From an uncultured Dehalococcoidales bacterium (lineage in GTDB: Bacteria; Chloroflexota; Dehalococcoidia; Dehalococcoidales; CAYYQY01): 64,000 nucleotides of DNA. The stretch spans positions 7,683 to 71,682 of the forward strand of contig CAYYQY010000002.1 in assembly GCA_964473905.1 (NCBI GenBank), written 5' to 3'. Shown here in pieces: positions 1-9,297 of this stretch. A program made the position numbers and the translations under genes. The first letter of the stretch is position 1, and each line of letters begins with the position of its first letter. The notes under the pieces are model-generated. The model was given only the letters and a program-made list of their open reading frames with translations. It made no database searches and had not been told where the DNA came from.

Positions 1-753
1 ACACGTCTCGTGGTTATAAATCACGCGAGTAACGTGGCCGGTACCCTGCTGCCGGTTAGCGAGGTTTCGGCTATTGCCCGCAGAGCTAATGCCCTGCTGC
101 TGGTTGATGCGGCGCAAACAGCCGGCGTTATTCCTATAGACATGCAGGCTATGGGAATCGACCTTCTCGCCTTTACCGGGCACAAGGGGTTACAGGGCCC
201 GCCCGGCACCGGCGGTCTGGTGATAGGTAGCGGTGTTGATGTCTCTCGGATTGAGCCCCTGATGTACGGTGGTACGGGCAGCCAGTCCGAGCTGGAAGAG
301 CAGCCCCCCTTCCTTCCCGACAAGTTTGAAAGCGGGACGCCCAACATATCCGGCATCGCCGGTCTCCGTGCCGCCCTTGGCTGGCTTACGGACAGGGGTG
401 TTGAGAGCGTCCGTGCCCGGGAAAAGGAGCTTACCCGTGCCCTGATTGACGGTCTGTCCGGCTTACCGGGTGTCAGCGTTTACGGGCCGCTCGATCCTGA
501 AAGGTCGGTAGCCATAGTATCCATTACTATTAAAGGCAGGCAAAACTCAGAGGTCGGACTCAGGCTGGACGAGGAGCATGGTATTCTGTCCCGTGTCGGA
601 TTGCACTGTGCTCCCGCGGCTCATAAGACCATTGGCTCGTTCCCGGAGGGGACAGTACGGTTTGCCCCCGGTGTATTCACTACCATAGCCGATATTCATA
701 CAGTTATAAAAGCGGTCGGGGAGGTAATCCGCTCGTGGAAAGCTACGGGGTAA
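1..753 (+). CDS. Class V aminotransferase / cysteine desulfurase (SufS/CsdA-like), C-terminal part; the 5' end lies outside the window
   Basis: The frame is open from base 1 (TRLVVINHASNVAGT...). It has the PLP-lysine context FTGHKGLQGPPGTGGL and the active-site Cys context RVGLHCAPAAH, both typical of the cysteine desulfurase/selenocysteine lyase family. Confidence 0.85.
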   Translation, partial: TRLVVINHASNVAGTLLPVSEVSAIARRANALLLVDAAQTAGVIPIDMQAMGIDLLAFTGHKGLQGPPGTGGLVIGSGVDVSRIEPLMYGGTGSQSELEEQPPFLPDKFESGTPNISGIAGLRAALGWLTDRGVESVRAREKELTRALIDGLSGLPGVSVYGPLDPERSVAIVSITIKGRQNSEVGLRLDEEHGILSRVGLHCAPAAHKTIGSFPEGTVRFAPGVFTTIADIHTVIKAVGEVIRSWKATG

Positions 754-956
754 TCCTGTTTCATACAACGTCATCCGTCATGTGTGCTGAGAAAGCGCTG
801 GCCGGGGAAGGATGCGTGGTGAAGTTGATACCCACACCCCGTGAGTTCTCAAGCGATTGCGGTATCGCTCTGCGCTTCGATTGGGATGAATATGAAAAGG
901 TCACCTCGTTAGTGGCGGCGGCACAGCTGGAGATAAACGCTATTCACCGGATGTGA
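735..956 (+). CDS. DUF3343-like small protein (putative S/Se-carrier partner of the desulfurase)
   Basis: 73 aa with a GTG start overlapping the upstream gene by 19 nt. The block KLIPTPREFSSDCGIALRF matches my recollection of the DUF3343 signature, and the family is commonly adjacent to cysteine desulfurase genes. Confidence 0.65.
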   Translation: MESYGVILFHTTSSVMCAEKALAGEGCVVKLIPTPREFSSDCGIALRFDWDEYEKVTSLVAAAQLEINAIHRM

Positions 957-1112
957 CCTAACAGGTTTTAAAGCGGATAAAGGATATAAACCGCAAGCAG
1001 CAATATTGCCGGCTAATAAAGTAGGAAAACGCCATACTGTATGCCAACTGTCTCTGGGACGGGCCATTTTAAATATTTAATATCTCCGGTCTAATACCAG
1101 TGATCGGATACT

Positions 1113-3005
1113 CTATTTATGTACCAGTTCTTTGAGCGCTTTTTCTATGTCGGTTAAAACAGTGGCGTCGTCAATAGTGGATGGGACTTGATACTCTTGC
1201 CTGTCGGCAATCTTTCTCATAGTACTTCTAAGTATCTTGCCCGATCTGGTTTTGGGTAGTGACTTTACCACCACTATCTGCTTTAGAGACGCGATAGCGC
1301 CGATTTCCTCTCTTACCATGCTGATAAGGCTATCGATTATTACCTGATGCTCGGTTTTCACACCGGCCTTCAGTACCACCAGCGCCAGCGGTAGCTGGCC
1401 TTTAAAATCATCGGCAACACCGATAACGGCGCATTCCGCTACATCGGAATGCGTGGCTATGACCTCCTCCATGGCACCGGTTGACAGCCGGTGACCGGCC
1501 ACGTTAATGACATCGTCTACTCTGCCCATCACGAAGATATAGCCGTCACTGTCAATATGGCCGCCGTCGCTGGTAAAATAGTAGCCGGGGAACGGGGCCA
1601 GGTAGGACTCAACGAACTTATCATCGTCTTGCCACAGTGTGGTTAGCGTGCCGGGCGGCAGGGGCATCTTGATAGCTATAATACCTTCGGCATCCGGAGG
1701 TAAAATCTGGCCATTGTTATCCAGAATGGTCACCTGGTAGCCCGGGGCTGCCCTGGTTGGTGAGCCGGCTTTTATGGGGAGCAGCTCAATGCCTGTGCAG
1801 TTAGCCGCGATAGCCCAGCCGGTCTCCGTCTGCCACCAGTGGTCAATTACCGGGACGTGCAGCAGATCCTTTGCCCAGAAGTAGGTATCCGGGTCAAGCC
1901 TCTCACCGGCGAGGAATAGGTATTTAAGGCAGGAAACGTCGTATTTCTTCAGGTAGCTGCCGGCGGCGTCCTCTTTCTTAATAGCCCTGATGGCGGTAGG
2001 TGCCGTAAACAGTGCCCTGACGTTGTGCTGGGATATAACCCGCCAGAAAGCACCCGGGTCAGGTGTGCCCACCGGTTTGCCCTCGTATAGTACCGTAGTG
2101 CAGCCGTAAAGGAGAGGGGCATAAACGATATATGAGTGTCCGACAACCCAACCTACGTCAGACGCTGCCCAGAATACGTCGCCCGGATTCATCCCGTATA
2201 TATGTTTCATGCTCCATTTCATGGCGACAGCATGCCCGCCATTATCTCTGACCACGCCTTTGGGCTTGCCTGTTGTCCCTGAGGTGTAGAGAATGTAGAG
2301 AGGGTCTGTTGATTTAACGGGAGTACAGCCGGCAGGTTCGGCATCCTGTACTAAAGCGGCCCAGTCAAAATCACGTCCGTTTATCAAATTAGCCTGTGCC
2401 TGTTCTCTCTGGTAAATAATGCATTTTTCAGGCTTGTGACTTGCTATCTGGATGGCCTTATCCAGGAGCGGCTTGTATTTGATTACCTTCTTCCCCTCAA
2501 TACCGCACGAAGCAGAAAGGATCAGTTTAGGTCTGGCATCATCAATTCGGATAGCCAGTTCGTGCGGGGCGAACCCCCCGAAGACCACCGAATGTATTGC
2601 CCCAATGCGAGCACAGGCAAGCATGGCTGTCACCGCTTCGGGAATCATGGGCATGTATATTATCACCCGGTCTCCCCGGGATACTCCCTGTGTGGTGAGA
2701 GCTCCTGCCAGCTTTGATACCCTGTCCAGGAGCTCTTTATAGGTAATTTTCTGGCAGGTACCTGTAACCGGGCTATCGTAAATGATGGCTACCTGTTCGG
2801 CGCGCCCGTTTTCGACGTGATAGTCAACCGCGTTATAGCAAGTATTCAATTCTCCGTCCGGGAACCACCTGTAAAACGGCTTGTTTGTGTCGTCAAGAAC
2901 TGATGAGTATTTTTTATGCCATACTATTTCCTGGGCAGCCTTTCCCCAAAAATTATCAGGGTCGCTGATGGACTCCTCGTAGGTTTCCTGGTAGCTTCTA
3001 TCCAA
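1113..3005 (-). CDS. prpE: Short-chain acyl-CoA synthetase, AMP-forming (PrpE/ACSS3-like propionate--CoA ligase)
   Basis: AMP-binding motif YTSGTTGKPKG and the block IYMPMIPEAVTAMLACARIGAIHSVVFGGF. The N-terminus YQETYEESISDPDNFW aligns to PrpE. The ORF track starts at the ATG at 3026, which has no SD. The TTG at 3005 has AAGGAG (3012-3017) at 6-nt spacing, so 3005 is preferred. Confidence 0.85.
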   Translation of the reverse strand: MDRSYQETYEESISDPDNFWGKAAQEIVWHKKYSSVLDDTNKPFYRWFPDGELNTCYNAVDYHVENGRAEQVAIIYDSPVTGTCQKITYKELLDRVSKLAGALTTQGVSRGDRVIIYMPMIPEAVTAMLACARIGAIHSVVFGGFAPHELAIRIDDARPKLILSASCGIEGKKVIKYKPLLDKAIQIASHKPEKCIIYQREQAQANLINGRDFDWAALVQDAEPAGCTPVKSTDPLYILYTSGTTGKPKGVVRDNGGHAVAMKWSMKHIYGMNPGDVFWAASDVGWVVGHSYIVYAPLLYGCTTVLYEGKPVGTPDPGAFWRVISQHNVRALFTAPTAIRAIKKEDAAGSYLKKYDVSCLKYLFLAGERLDPDTYFWAKDLLHVPVIDHWWQTETGWAIAANCTGIELLPIKAGSPTRAAPGYQVTILDNNGQILPPDAEGIIAIKMPLPPGTLTTLWQDDDKFVESYLAPFPGYYFTSDGGHIDSDGYIFVMGRVDDVINVAGHRLSTGAMEEVIATHSDVAECAVIGVADDFKGQLPLALVVLKAGVKTEHQVIIDSLISMVREEIGAIASLKQIVVVKSLPKTRSGKILRSTMRKIADRQEYQVPSTIDDATVLTDIEKALKELVHK

Positions 3006-3487
3006 TTTACTCTCCTTTAAAATCATATCGTTATATTATTTTCCGATCTGTTGTGCGCGGGCGTACCTCCGCTCACTTGAGCCATACGCATGGAAATTGA
3101 AATCAGATAGCGCAGCGTCACGGTATGGGAACAACCTGGCGCTATCACGTAGAAGGAGGTAATAATATCATGGAGGTACGTGCTCTACCATCGAATATAC
3201 AGGATTATACTCCCAATTTATTAAAAGTAAAATACCTGTTAACATTTTTCCGCGAGTATATTCACCACATAAATCTCCTGGGTTACAGGAAAAAAGTAGG
3301 GGGGACTAATTGACGGGAAGATACTGCGCGGTTCCTCATAGCTCAGGCGGGCAGGGTGGCGGGACGGGTATGGCTCATTTCAGCCGCGCCGCACGGTGAT
3401 AGCGATACGGTAAATATAAACATAAATATTGCCGTATCCAAGGCTCGAAATCTACGGCGTATATTCTCCCCCTTTCTTGTAAGGCTA

Positions 3488-3517
3488 TTGACATGGTTTA
3501 GTCCTTATGTGTATAAT
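3488..3517 (+). promoter_or_regulatory. Sigma-70-type promoter, consensus -35 TTGACA and -10 TATAAT with an 18-nt spacer
   Basis: TTGACA at 3488-3493 and TATAAT at 3512-3517, about 55 nt upstream of the ferredoxin ATG at 3572. Confidence 0.6.
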
Positions 3518-3520
3518 GAT

Positions 3521-3542
3521 ATGCGGTAAATATTTACCGCAT
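3521..3542. promoter_or_regulatory. Perfect 22-bp palindrome ATGCGGTAAATATTTACCGCAT overlapping the predicted transcription start (candidate operator or 5' RNA hairpin)
   Basis: The sequence equals its own reverse complement and starts 4 nt after the -10 hexamer. Its 10-mer CGGTAAATAT recurs at 3408-3417 inside a second inverted repeat. Confidence 0.5.
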
Positions 3543-3571
3543 TATTTAGGTGAGGAATACTTATACCGCCG

Positions 3572-4048
3572 ATGAAACGTATATATGTCAATGAGCAGGT
3601 CTGTATCGGTTGCGGGCTGTGCCTGGTCTATTGCCAGGTCGAGCATTCGCCTTCAAAAGACGTGATTAAAGCCTTCAAGCAGGGAAGCACGCCGCCGTTA
3701 GCGTATGTTGCGGTGGAGTGCCGGGGGCCGGTTTCATTTGCCGTGCAATGCCGTCACTGTGAGGATGCCCCCTGTGTTTATGCCTGTCTCACCGGCGCCT
3801 TGCAGAAGGACCCGGATAGTGGCCTGGTGACGGTTGATACGAGCCGGTGTATCGGGTGCTGGACATGCATGTTGTTTTGTCCCTACGGTGCCGTAAGACA
3901 GGCACCGGATAGAAAGACCATCGCCAAATGTGACTATTGTGGTGACAGGGAAATACCGGCCTGTGTAGCCAACTGCCCGAATGAGGCGCTCGTTTATGCC
4001 GAGGCAGATGATACTGTCCTTGATTTCATGGGGGAAGGTCTGAAATGA
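3572..4048 (+). CDS. 4Fe-4S dicluster ferredoxin-like protein (electron-input module of an archaeal-type glutamate synthase cluster)
   Basis: Several CxxCxxCxxxC-type motifs (CIGCGLCLVYC, CRHCEDAPC, CIGCWTCMLFCP, CDYC...CVANCP). The stop overlaps the hisH start (ATGA at 4045-4048). Confidence 0.8.
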   Translation: MKRIYVNEQVCIGCGLCLVYCQVEHSPSKDVIKAFKQGSTPPLAYVAVECRGPVSFAVQCRHCEDAPCVYACLTGALQKDPDSGLVTVDTSRCIGCWTCMLFCPYGAVRQAPDRKTIAKCDYCGDREIPACVANCPNEALVYAEADDTVLDFMGEGLK

Positions 4049-4668
4049 TTGCCGTTATTGATTATGGTGCCGGCAACCTGCGTAGCGTGGTGAATGCGCT
4101 CACCCGCCTGGGCTATCCGTCCCGGGTAACGAGCCGCCCGGAGGAGATTCCTGAGGCGGCGGCAGTGATACTGCCGGGCGTTGGTGCCGCCGGTGATACC
4201 ATGAAGAACCTTAACGAAAAGGGGCTTGCTCAGGCGCTCCGTGACTATGTGGCGAGCGGTCGTCCTTTCTTCGGCGTTTGCCTGGGCTTGCAGGTCTTAT
4301 TTACCGCTACCGAGGAAGGTGGCTACCACGATTGTCTCGGCATAATTCCGGGTAAGGTGAAAAGACTGCCCCCGTGTCTTAAGGTTCCCCACATGGGGTG
4401 GAACCAGGTGAGGCAGCAATGCGAGCACCCTGTTTTTACGGGGATTAAGGATAATGCCTGCTTCTATTTCGTGCACAGCTACTATGCCGAGCCGGATGAT
4501 AGCGATGTTGCCGCCGGTATTACGGATTACGGGGTATCAATCTGTAGCGTGCTGATTAAAAATAACGTCATCGCTACCCAGTTTCACCCGGAAAAGAGCG
4601 GTGAGCCGGGGTTAAAAATGTACGATAATTTTCTTAAGCTGGCTGGAGTAACAGGCTCTCACGGCTGA
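4045..4668 (+). CDS. hisH: Imidazole glycerol phosphate synthase, glutamine amidotransferase subunit HisH
   Basis: N-terminus IAVIDYGAGNLRSV, nucleophile context FGVCLGLQ, HMGWN, and FHPEKSG (His/Glu of the class-I GATase triad). Confidence 0.9.
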   Translation: MIAVIDYGAGNLRSVVNALTRLGYPSRVTSRPEEIPEAAAVILPGVGAAGDTMKNLNEKGLAQALRDYVASGRPFFGVCLGLQVLFTATEEGGYHDCLGIIPGKVKRLPPCLKVPHMGWNQVRQQCEHPVFTGIKDNACFYFVHSYYAEPDDSDVAAGITDYGVSICSVLIKNNVIATQFHPEKSGEPGLKMYDNFLKLAGVTGSHG

Positions 4669-4687
4669 TACATTACAGGAAAATGAA

Positions 4688-5770
4688 ATGAGCGTTGAGA
4701 AAGTAAAGTATCTGATTATAGGTAACTCGGCGGGCGGTATCGGCGCCGCGGAGGCGATACGCGAGGTGGACAGGGAATGCCCGCTGTCCATTGTTTCCGG
4801 CGAGCCGTACCCGGCCTACTCAAGACCGCGTATTGCCGATTACCTGGCAAAACGGTGTCCACTGGAGGGTATGCTGTTTCGGCCGACACGTTTCTATGCG
4901 GAAAATAACGTCAGGACTTACCTGGGGAAAAAGGTGGTCTCCTTATCACTTGAGACACATACCGCTAGACTTGCCGGCGGGGAAGAAATTGGCTGGGAGC
5001 AACTGTTGCTGGCTACCGGAGGTGTCGCTATAATTCCTCCGCTAGCGGGTATTGAGAAAAACGGTGTCTTCACCTTCACTACCCTGGATGATGCCGTATC
5101 CATTGACCGTTCTCTCCGGTCTGATAGCTCGGCGGCAGTTATCGGCGGCGGGCTTATCGGGCTGAGTGTAACGGAAGCCTTAATAAGACGCGGCATCAGG
5201 GTAACCATCGTAGAAAAAGAAGAGTGCCTACTCAGCGTCATGCTGGATGAGATAGCATCCTTACGTGAGGAGTCGGCTCTCCGGCAAGCCGGTGTGAACG
5301 TTATCACCGGCCACATGGTGACATCTATCAACGGGGATGCGGATAGGGTAAACAGTGTAACGTTGGATGACGCCAGTCTTATTCCGTCAGACCTGGTGAT
5401 AATCGCTGCCGGTGTCCGCTCGGCTATTGAGCTTGTTAACGGTACCGGCATAAAGGTAGGTCGTGGTATAACCGTTGACCGTCATATGCAGACCTCCTGG
5501 CCCGGAGTATATAGCTGCGGCGACGTGGCCGAGGCCTTTGACTTTATCACTAATGATACGGCAGTCACTCCCGTGTGGCCCAATGCGTATTTGGGCGGAC
5601 GGGTAGCCGGACTGAACATGGCCGGAGTGGCTACGGAGTATCCGGGTGGTACGCTGGTGAACTCTTTAAAATATTTCGGTGTGGATATCCTGAGCGCCGG
5701 CATAGTAAATCCGCCCGATAGCAGCTATGAGGTGCTATCGGGGGAGCACGGTGATTGCTTATGCCGTTGA
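4688..5770 (+). CDS. FAD/NAD(P)-dependent pyridine-nucleotide-disulfide-type oxidoreductase (NADH-oxidase-like), apparently missing its C-terminal dimerisation region
   Basis: Dinucleotide folds YLIIGNSAGGIGAAEA and AAVIGGGLIGLSVTEAL, plus the FAD motif YSCGDVAE. The frame ends at TGA soon after ...SSYEVLSGE, where homologues continue for several tens of residues. Confidence 0.75.
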   Translation: MSVEKVKYLIIGNSAGGIGAAEAIREVDRECPLSIVSGEPYPAYSRPRIADYLAKRCPLEGMLFRPTRFYAENNVRTYLGKKVVSLSLETHTARLAGGEEIGWEQLLLATGGVAIIPPLAGIEKNGVFTFTTLDDAVSIDRSLRSDSSAAVIGGGLIGLSVTEALIRRGIRVTIVEKEECLLSVMLDEIASLREESALRQAGVNVITGHMVTSINGDADRVNSVTLDDASLIPSDLVIIAAGVRSAIELVNGTGIKVGRGITVDRHMQTSWPGVYSCGDVAEAFDFITNDTAVTPVWPNAYLGGRVAGLNMAGVATEYPGGTLVNSLKYFGVDILSAGIVNPPDSSYEVLSGEHGDCLCR

Positions 5771-6164
5771 TCTGCTGATACGTAAACACAATCTGCCGGT
5801 AGAGGTGGCCGTCCGGGTTATAGCGCCACCTTTCTGGAGCGACATTGAAAGATGCCCCGCGGCAGAGCAGGAACTGCTCCGCAGCCTGCGTCAGGTGTAT
5901 GGCAGCCTGCTATTAAACGGGCCGTTTGCTATTATCATCGCTCACCAGGGCGAGATGATAGGGCTTACCGACCGCGTCCGGCTCCGCCCGCTTACCGTGG
6001 GCGAAAAAGGGGACATGGTTTATCTCTCCTCCGAGGAATCGGCCATACGGCTGGTCTGTCCCGACCTGGATAAAACGTGGATACCGATGGGCGGTGAACC
6101 GGTGATAGTGAAAGTTGGTGAGTCTCCGAGCCGAAAGCCGCGCTGTGCGGTGGGGGAGGCATAA
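5727..6164 (+). pseudogene. Headless fragment of a class-II glutamine amidotransferase (GltB1-like domain of glutamate synthase); the N-terminal Cys nucleophile region is absent
   Basis: The frame opens only at 5709, after a TAA at 5706-5708. The segment PVEVAVRVIAPPFW...LLLNGPFAIIIAHQGEMIGLTDRVRLRPLTVGEKGDMVYLSSEESAI matches the C-terminal third of the GltS amidotransferase domain (PWDGPAxxxF..G...GAxLDRNGLRP...V.ASE). Confidence 0.65.
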
Positions 6165-6165
6165 A

Positions 6166-6948
6166 ATGCTGACCAAGAGAATTATACCCTGTCTGGATTG
6201 CCAGAAGGGACGGGTGGTGAAGGGGACCAGTTTTACCAGTCTGCGCGACGCTGGAGACCCTGCTGAACGCGCTCGTTTTTACTACGAGGGGAGGGCGGAT
6301 GAGCTGGTACTTTTGGACATAACGGCTACGCCGGAGGCAAGAGATAACATGGTCGAGGTAGTTGAGTGTGTTTCGGACGAGATTTTTATACCGCTTACTG
6401 TCGGTGGTGGTCTGCGCAGTATCAAGGACATGAGGCGCATGCTGCTTGCCGGAGCGGACAAGGTCTCCATCAATACGGCAGCAGTGCAGAATACGTCTCT
6501 TATCACAGAGGGTGCCGATAAGCTGGGCAGCCAGTGTATTGTCGTTGCTATTGATGCCAAACGGGTAGCAGACAGTGACAAACCCCGCTGGGAGGTCTAT
6601 ACGCACAGCGGCCAGAGACCGACGGGTATGGACGCTGTCGCCTGGGCGAAACAGGTGGTGGTACTGGGGGCCGGGGAAATACTGCTCACCAGCATTGATG
6701 CTGACGGGCACCGGGCAGGTTACGATACGGGACTCTACCGGGCCGTTGCCGACACGGTAAGTGTGCCGGTTATTGCGAGCGGCGGTGCCGGTAACCTGGA
6801 AGACATGTATGAGGTGCTGAGTTACGGCCGGGCGGATGCCGTGCTGGCGGCCAGTATCTTTCACTACGGGATTCACTCTATCCGTGAGGCTAAAAAATAC
6901 CTGTCGGCAAAAGGTATGCCAGTACGTATGGAGGAGGAGGGGTTGTGA
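6166..6948 (+). CDS. hisF: Imidazole glycerol phosphate synthase, cyclase subunit HisF
   Basis: [44 protein letters not shown] and IASGGAG align end to end with HisF, and both catalytic Asp contexts are present. ATG at 6166 (the ORF track begins upstream at 6115). The stop overlaps the next start (GTGA at 6945-6948). Confidence 0.9.
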   Translation: MLTKRIIPCLDCQKGRVVKGTSFTSLRDAGDPAERARFYYEGRADELVLLDITATPEARDNMVEVVECVSDEIFIPLTVGGGLRSIKDMRRMLLAGADKVSINTAAVQNTSLITEGADKLGSQCIVVAIDAKRVADSDKPRWEVYTHSGQRPTGMDAVAWAKQVVVLGAGEILLTSIDADGHRAGYDTGLYRAVADTVSVPVIASGGAGNLEDMYEVLSYGRADAVLAASIFHYGIHSIREAKKYLSAKGMPVRMEEEGL

Positions 6949-8450
6949 AGACATACATATCACCCAGGTTCCGTGTGGAACGGGACCCCGACCGCTGCAT
7001 ACAGTGCCAGGTGTGTGTTAACCAGTGCACCTTTGACACGCACCGCTATGACATTGAAAATGACGAAGTGGTTAGCCATGAAGAAAATTGCGTTGGCTGT
7101 CACCGCTGCGTTGTCTTTTGCCCGACGCGGGCACTCACTGTCAGCCGGAACCCGCTGGAGTACCGGCAGAACTATAACTGGCGCAGTGAGTATATAGAGG
7201 ATATATTAAAGCAGGCGGAAAGCGGCGGCATGCTTCTCACCGGGATGGGTAACGATAAGGGCTATCCCATCTACTGGGACCACCTGGTGCTTAATGCCAG
7301 CCAGGTAACCAATCCGTCTATTGACCCGCTGCGTGAGCCTATGGAGTTGATTACCTACCTGGGCCGCAAACCCGACCGTATAGAGATTGACAGTGACTCG
7401 CTCAGTCTGAAGACCAAAATGGCGCCGCAGGTCAAGCTGGAGGTGCCCATCATGTTTGCCGCCATGTCCTACGGAGCGGTGAGCATTAATGTGCACGAGT
7501 CTATGGCTAGGGCGGCCGCGGTCTCGGGCACGCTCTGGAATACCGGGGAGGGAGGCCTGCACTCCAAACTGTATAAATATGGGAATAATACCATCGTACA
7601 GGTTGCCTCGGGGCGGTTCGGTGTCAATCGGGAGTACCTTGACGCCGCCAGAGTAATTGAAATCAAGATAGGCCAGGGTGCCAAGCCCGGTATTGGCGGG
7701 CACCTGCCGGGAGAAAAGGTAAGCGCCGAGGTATCCTTAACGCGGATGATTCCGGAGGGGACGGATGCCCTGTCTCCGGCGCCGCAGCACGATATCTACT
7801 CCATTGAAGACCTGGCGCAGCTGATTTATGCCTTGAAAGAAGTAACGCAATATGCCAAGCCGGTATCGGTCAAGATAGCCGCCGTCCATAACTCGGCGGC
7901 TATTGCCAGCGGCATGGTGCGTGCCGGGGCGGATATTATTGTAATTGACGGGCTCAGAGGGGCTACCGGTGCCGCACCCAAGGTTATCCGCGATAATATC
8001 GGTATCCCTGTGGAGATGGCTCTCGCCTCGGTAGACACGCGCCTCAGGCAGGAGGGCATACGCAACCAGGCTTCTATCGTGGTCTCGGGAGGCATCAGAA
8101 ATAGCGGTGACGTGGCCAAGGCAATCGCCCTCGGCGCTGATGCGGTGTATATCGGGACGGCGGCTTTAATAGCGCTGGGTTGCCGTGTCTGTCAGCAGTG
8201 CCATACGGGTAAATGTGCCTGGGGTATCTGCACCACCGACCTGGCTTTAACCAGGAGGGTCAACCCGGATATCGGTGCCCGGAGGCTGTCCAATCTCCTG
8301 CGCGGTTGGAGTCTGGAGCTTAAAGAGATGCTGGGCGGTATGGGCACCAATGCCCTGGAAAGCCTGCGGGGTAACCGCCTGCACCTGAGGGGTGTCGGGC
8401 TCACCGACACGGAGCTTGACATTCTGGGAGTAAAGATGGCAGGAAGTTAA
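6945..8450 (+). CDS. Glutamate synthase FMN-binding subunit (archaeal-type GltB2) with an N-terminal 2x[4Fe-4S] ferredoxin domain
   Basis: [11 protein letters not shown] and [12 protein letters not shown] at the N-terminus, then [32 protein letters not shown] and the C-terminal [18 protein letters not shown]. Confidence 0.9.
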   Translation: MKTYISPRFRVERDPDRCIQCQVCVNQCTFDTHRYDIENDEVVSHEENCVGCHRCVVFCPTRALTVSRNPLEYRQNYNWRSEYIEDILKQAESGGMLLTGMGNDKGYPIYWDHLVLNASQVTNPSIDPLREPMELITYLGRKPDRIEIDSDSLSLKTKMAPQVKLEVPIMFAAMSYGAVSINVHESMARAAAVSGTLWNTGEGGLHSKLYKYGNNTIVQVASGRFGVNREYLDAARVIEIKIGQGAKPGIGGHLPGEKVSAEVSLTRMIPEGTDALSPAPQHDIYSIEDLAQLIYALKEVTQYAKPVSVKIAAVHNSAAIASGMVRAGADIIVIDGLRGATGAAPKVIRDNIGIPVEMALASVDTRLRQEGIRNQASIVVSGGIRNSGDVAKAIALGADAVYIGTAALIALGCRVCQQCHTGKCAWGICTTDLALTRRVNPDIGARRLSNLLRGWSLELKEMLGGMGTNALESLRGNRLHLRGVGLTDTELDILGVKMAGS

Positions 8451-8452
8451 AA

Positions 8453-9214
8453 ATGACGATAGATATTGAAAGTAAGGTACCAATAATAGATGCCCGTGGC
8501 ATCCGCTACCGCGAACTGAATGCCATGATAAGAGATTGTGTTTCCGGCGGCTCGAGGCAAATAGAGCTCAGGAATGTCTGCGGGCAGCGATATATCGGCA
8601 CCAGCCTTAATAAACCGGTTGAGATTAACATTACAGGTATACCGGGCAATGACCTGGGGGCATTTATGGACGGGCCGAGGATTACTGTCCGCGGGAATGC
8701 TCAGGACGGCTGCGGCAATACCATGAACGAAGGGGAGATTATTATTCACGGGCATGCCGGAGACATAGTCGGGCTTTCCGCCCGGGGCGGTAAAATCTTT
8801 GTCCGTGATGACGTCGGTTACAGGGCCGGTATTCATATGAAGCAGTATCAGGATAAGAGGCCGGTGCTGGTCGTCGGCGGCACTGCCCAGGACTTCCCCG
8901 GCGAATACATGGCGGGGGGTATTCTGATATTGCTGGGTCTGAACCTGGGAGAAGCAGAGTCGCACCGGGCTAATTTTGTCGGTACCGGGATGCACGGTGG
9001 GGTTATCTACCTGAGAGGCCACATTGATGATTTCCGGCTCGGTAAGGAGATAGGTATGGCTGAACTAAATGACAGCGATTACCGCGTTTTGGAGACATAT
9101 ATTGGTGAGTTTGCCGGGTATTTTGGATATAATACCGGGGACATTTTAAACCATAAATTTACGCGGCTGTCCCCTCTCTGGCTGCGGCCTTACGGCAGGA
9201 TATATACTTATTAA
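8453..9214 (+). CDS. Glutamate synthase GXGXG-repeat subunit (archaeal-type GltB3)
   Basis: Repeated glycine-rich beta-helix blocks ITGIPGNDLGAFMDGPRITVRGNAQDGCGNTMNEGEIIIHGHAGDIVG...GGKIFVRDDVGYRAG. The start lies 2 nt after the gltB2 stop. Confidence 0.88.
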   Translation: MTIDIESKVPIIDARGIRYRELNAMIRDCVSGGSRQIELRNVCGQRYIGTSLNKPVEINITGIPGNDLGAFMDGPRITVRGNAQDGCGNTMNEGEIIIHGHAGDIVGLSARGGKIFVRDDVGYRAGIHMKQYQDKRPVLVVGGTAQDFPGEYMAGGILILLGLNLGEAESHRANFVGTGMHGGVIYLRGHIDDFRLGKEIGMAELNDSDYRVLETYIGEFAGYFGYNTGDILNHKFTRLSPLWLRPYGRIYTY

Positions 9215-9297
9215 GGGCAAAGGTGGATAATTATATAAACAAGAGCCAGCGGTCAAGACGACAATGAAATTTGGGAAAAGTTAAAAGGAGGCTCAAC

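Noticed and set aside
3125-3313. 62-aa ORF in the prpE/ferredoxin intergenic region
   Set aside because: It has an apparent AGGAGG upstream, but the sequence is AT-rich, the translation is not protein-like (MGTTWRYHVEGGNNIMEV...), and it sits in a divergent promoter region. There is not enough support to call it.
5768-5770. Possible selenocysteine (TGA) read-through at the end of the flavoprotein gene
   Set aside because: Reading through TGA adds only four codons before a TAA. No SECIS-like hairpin is evident, and the downstream homology is in a different frame.
5992-6963. 323-aa ORF on the minus strand
   Set aside because: It is entirely antisense to hisF, whose product aligns end to end with canonical HisF. 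Its Arg/Pro/His-rich, low-complexity translation is typical of an antisense frame in GC-rich coding DNA.
9215-9297. Methanogen-type NrpR operator (GGAA-N6-TTCC) upstream of glnA, the ferredoxin gene or the nrpR-fusion gene
   Set aside because: I scanned 3300-3571, 9215-9297 and 10796-10858 by eye. The only match is GGAA-N12-TTCC near 3345-3365, with the wrong spacing, so no operator is claimed.
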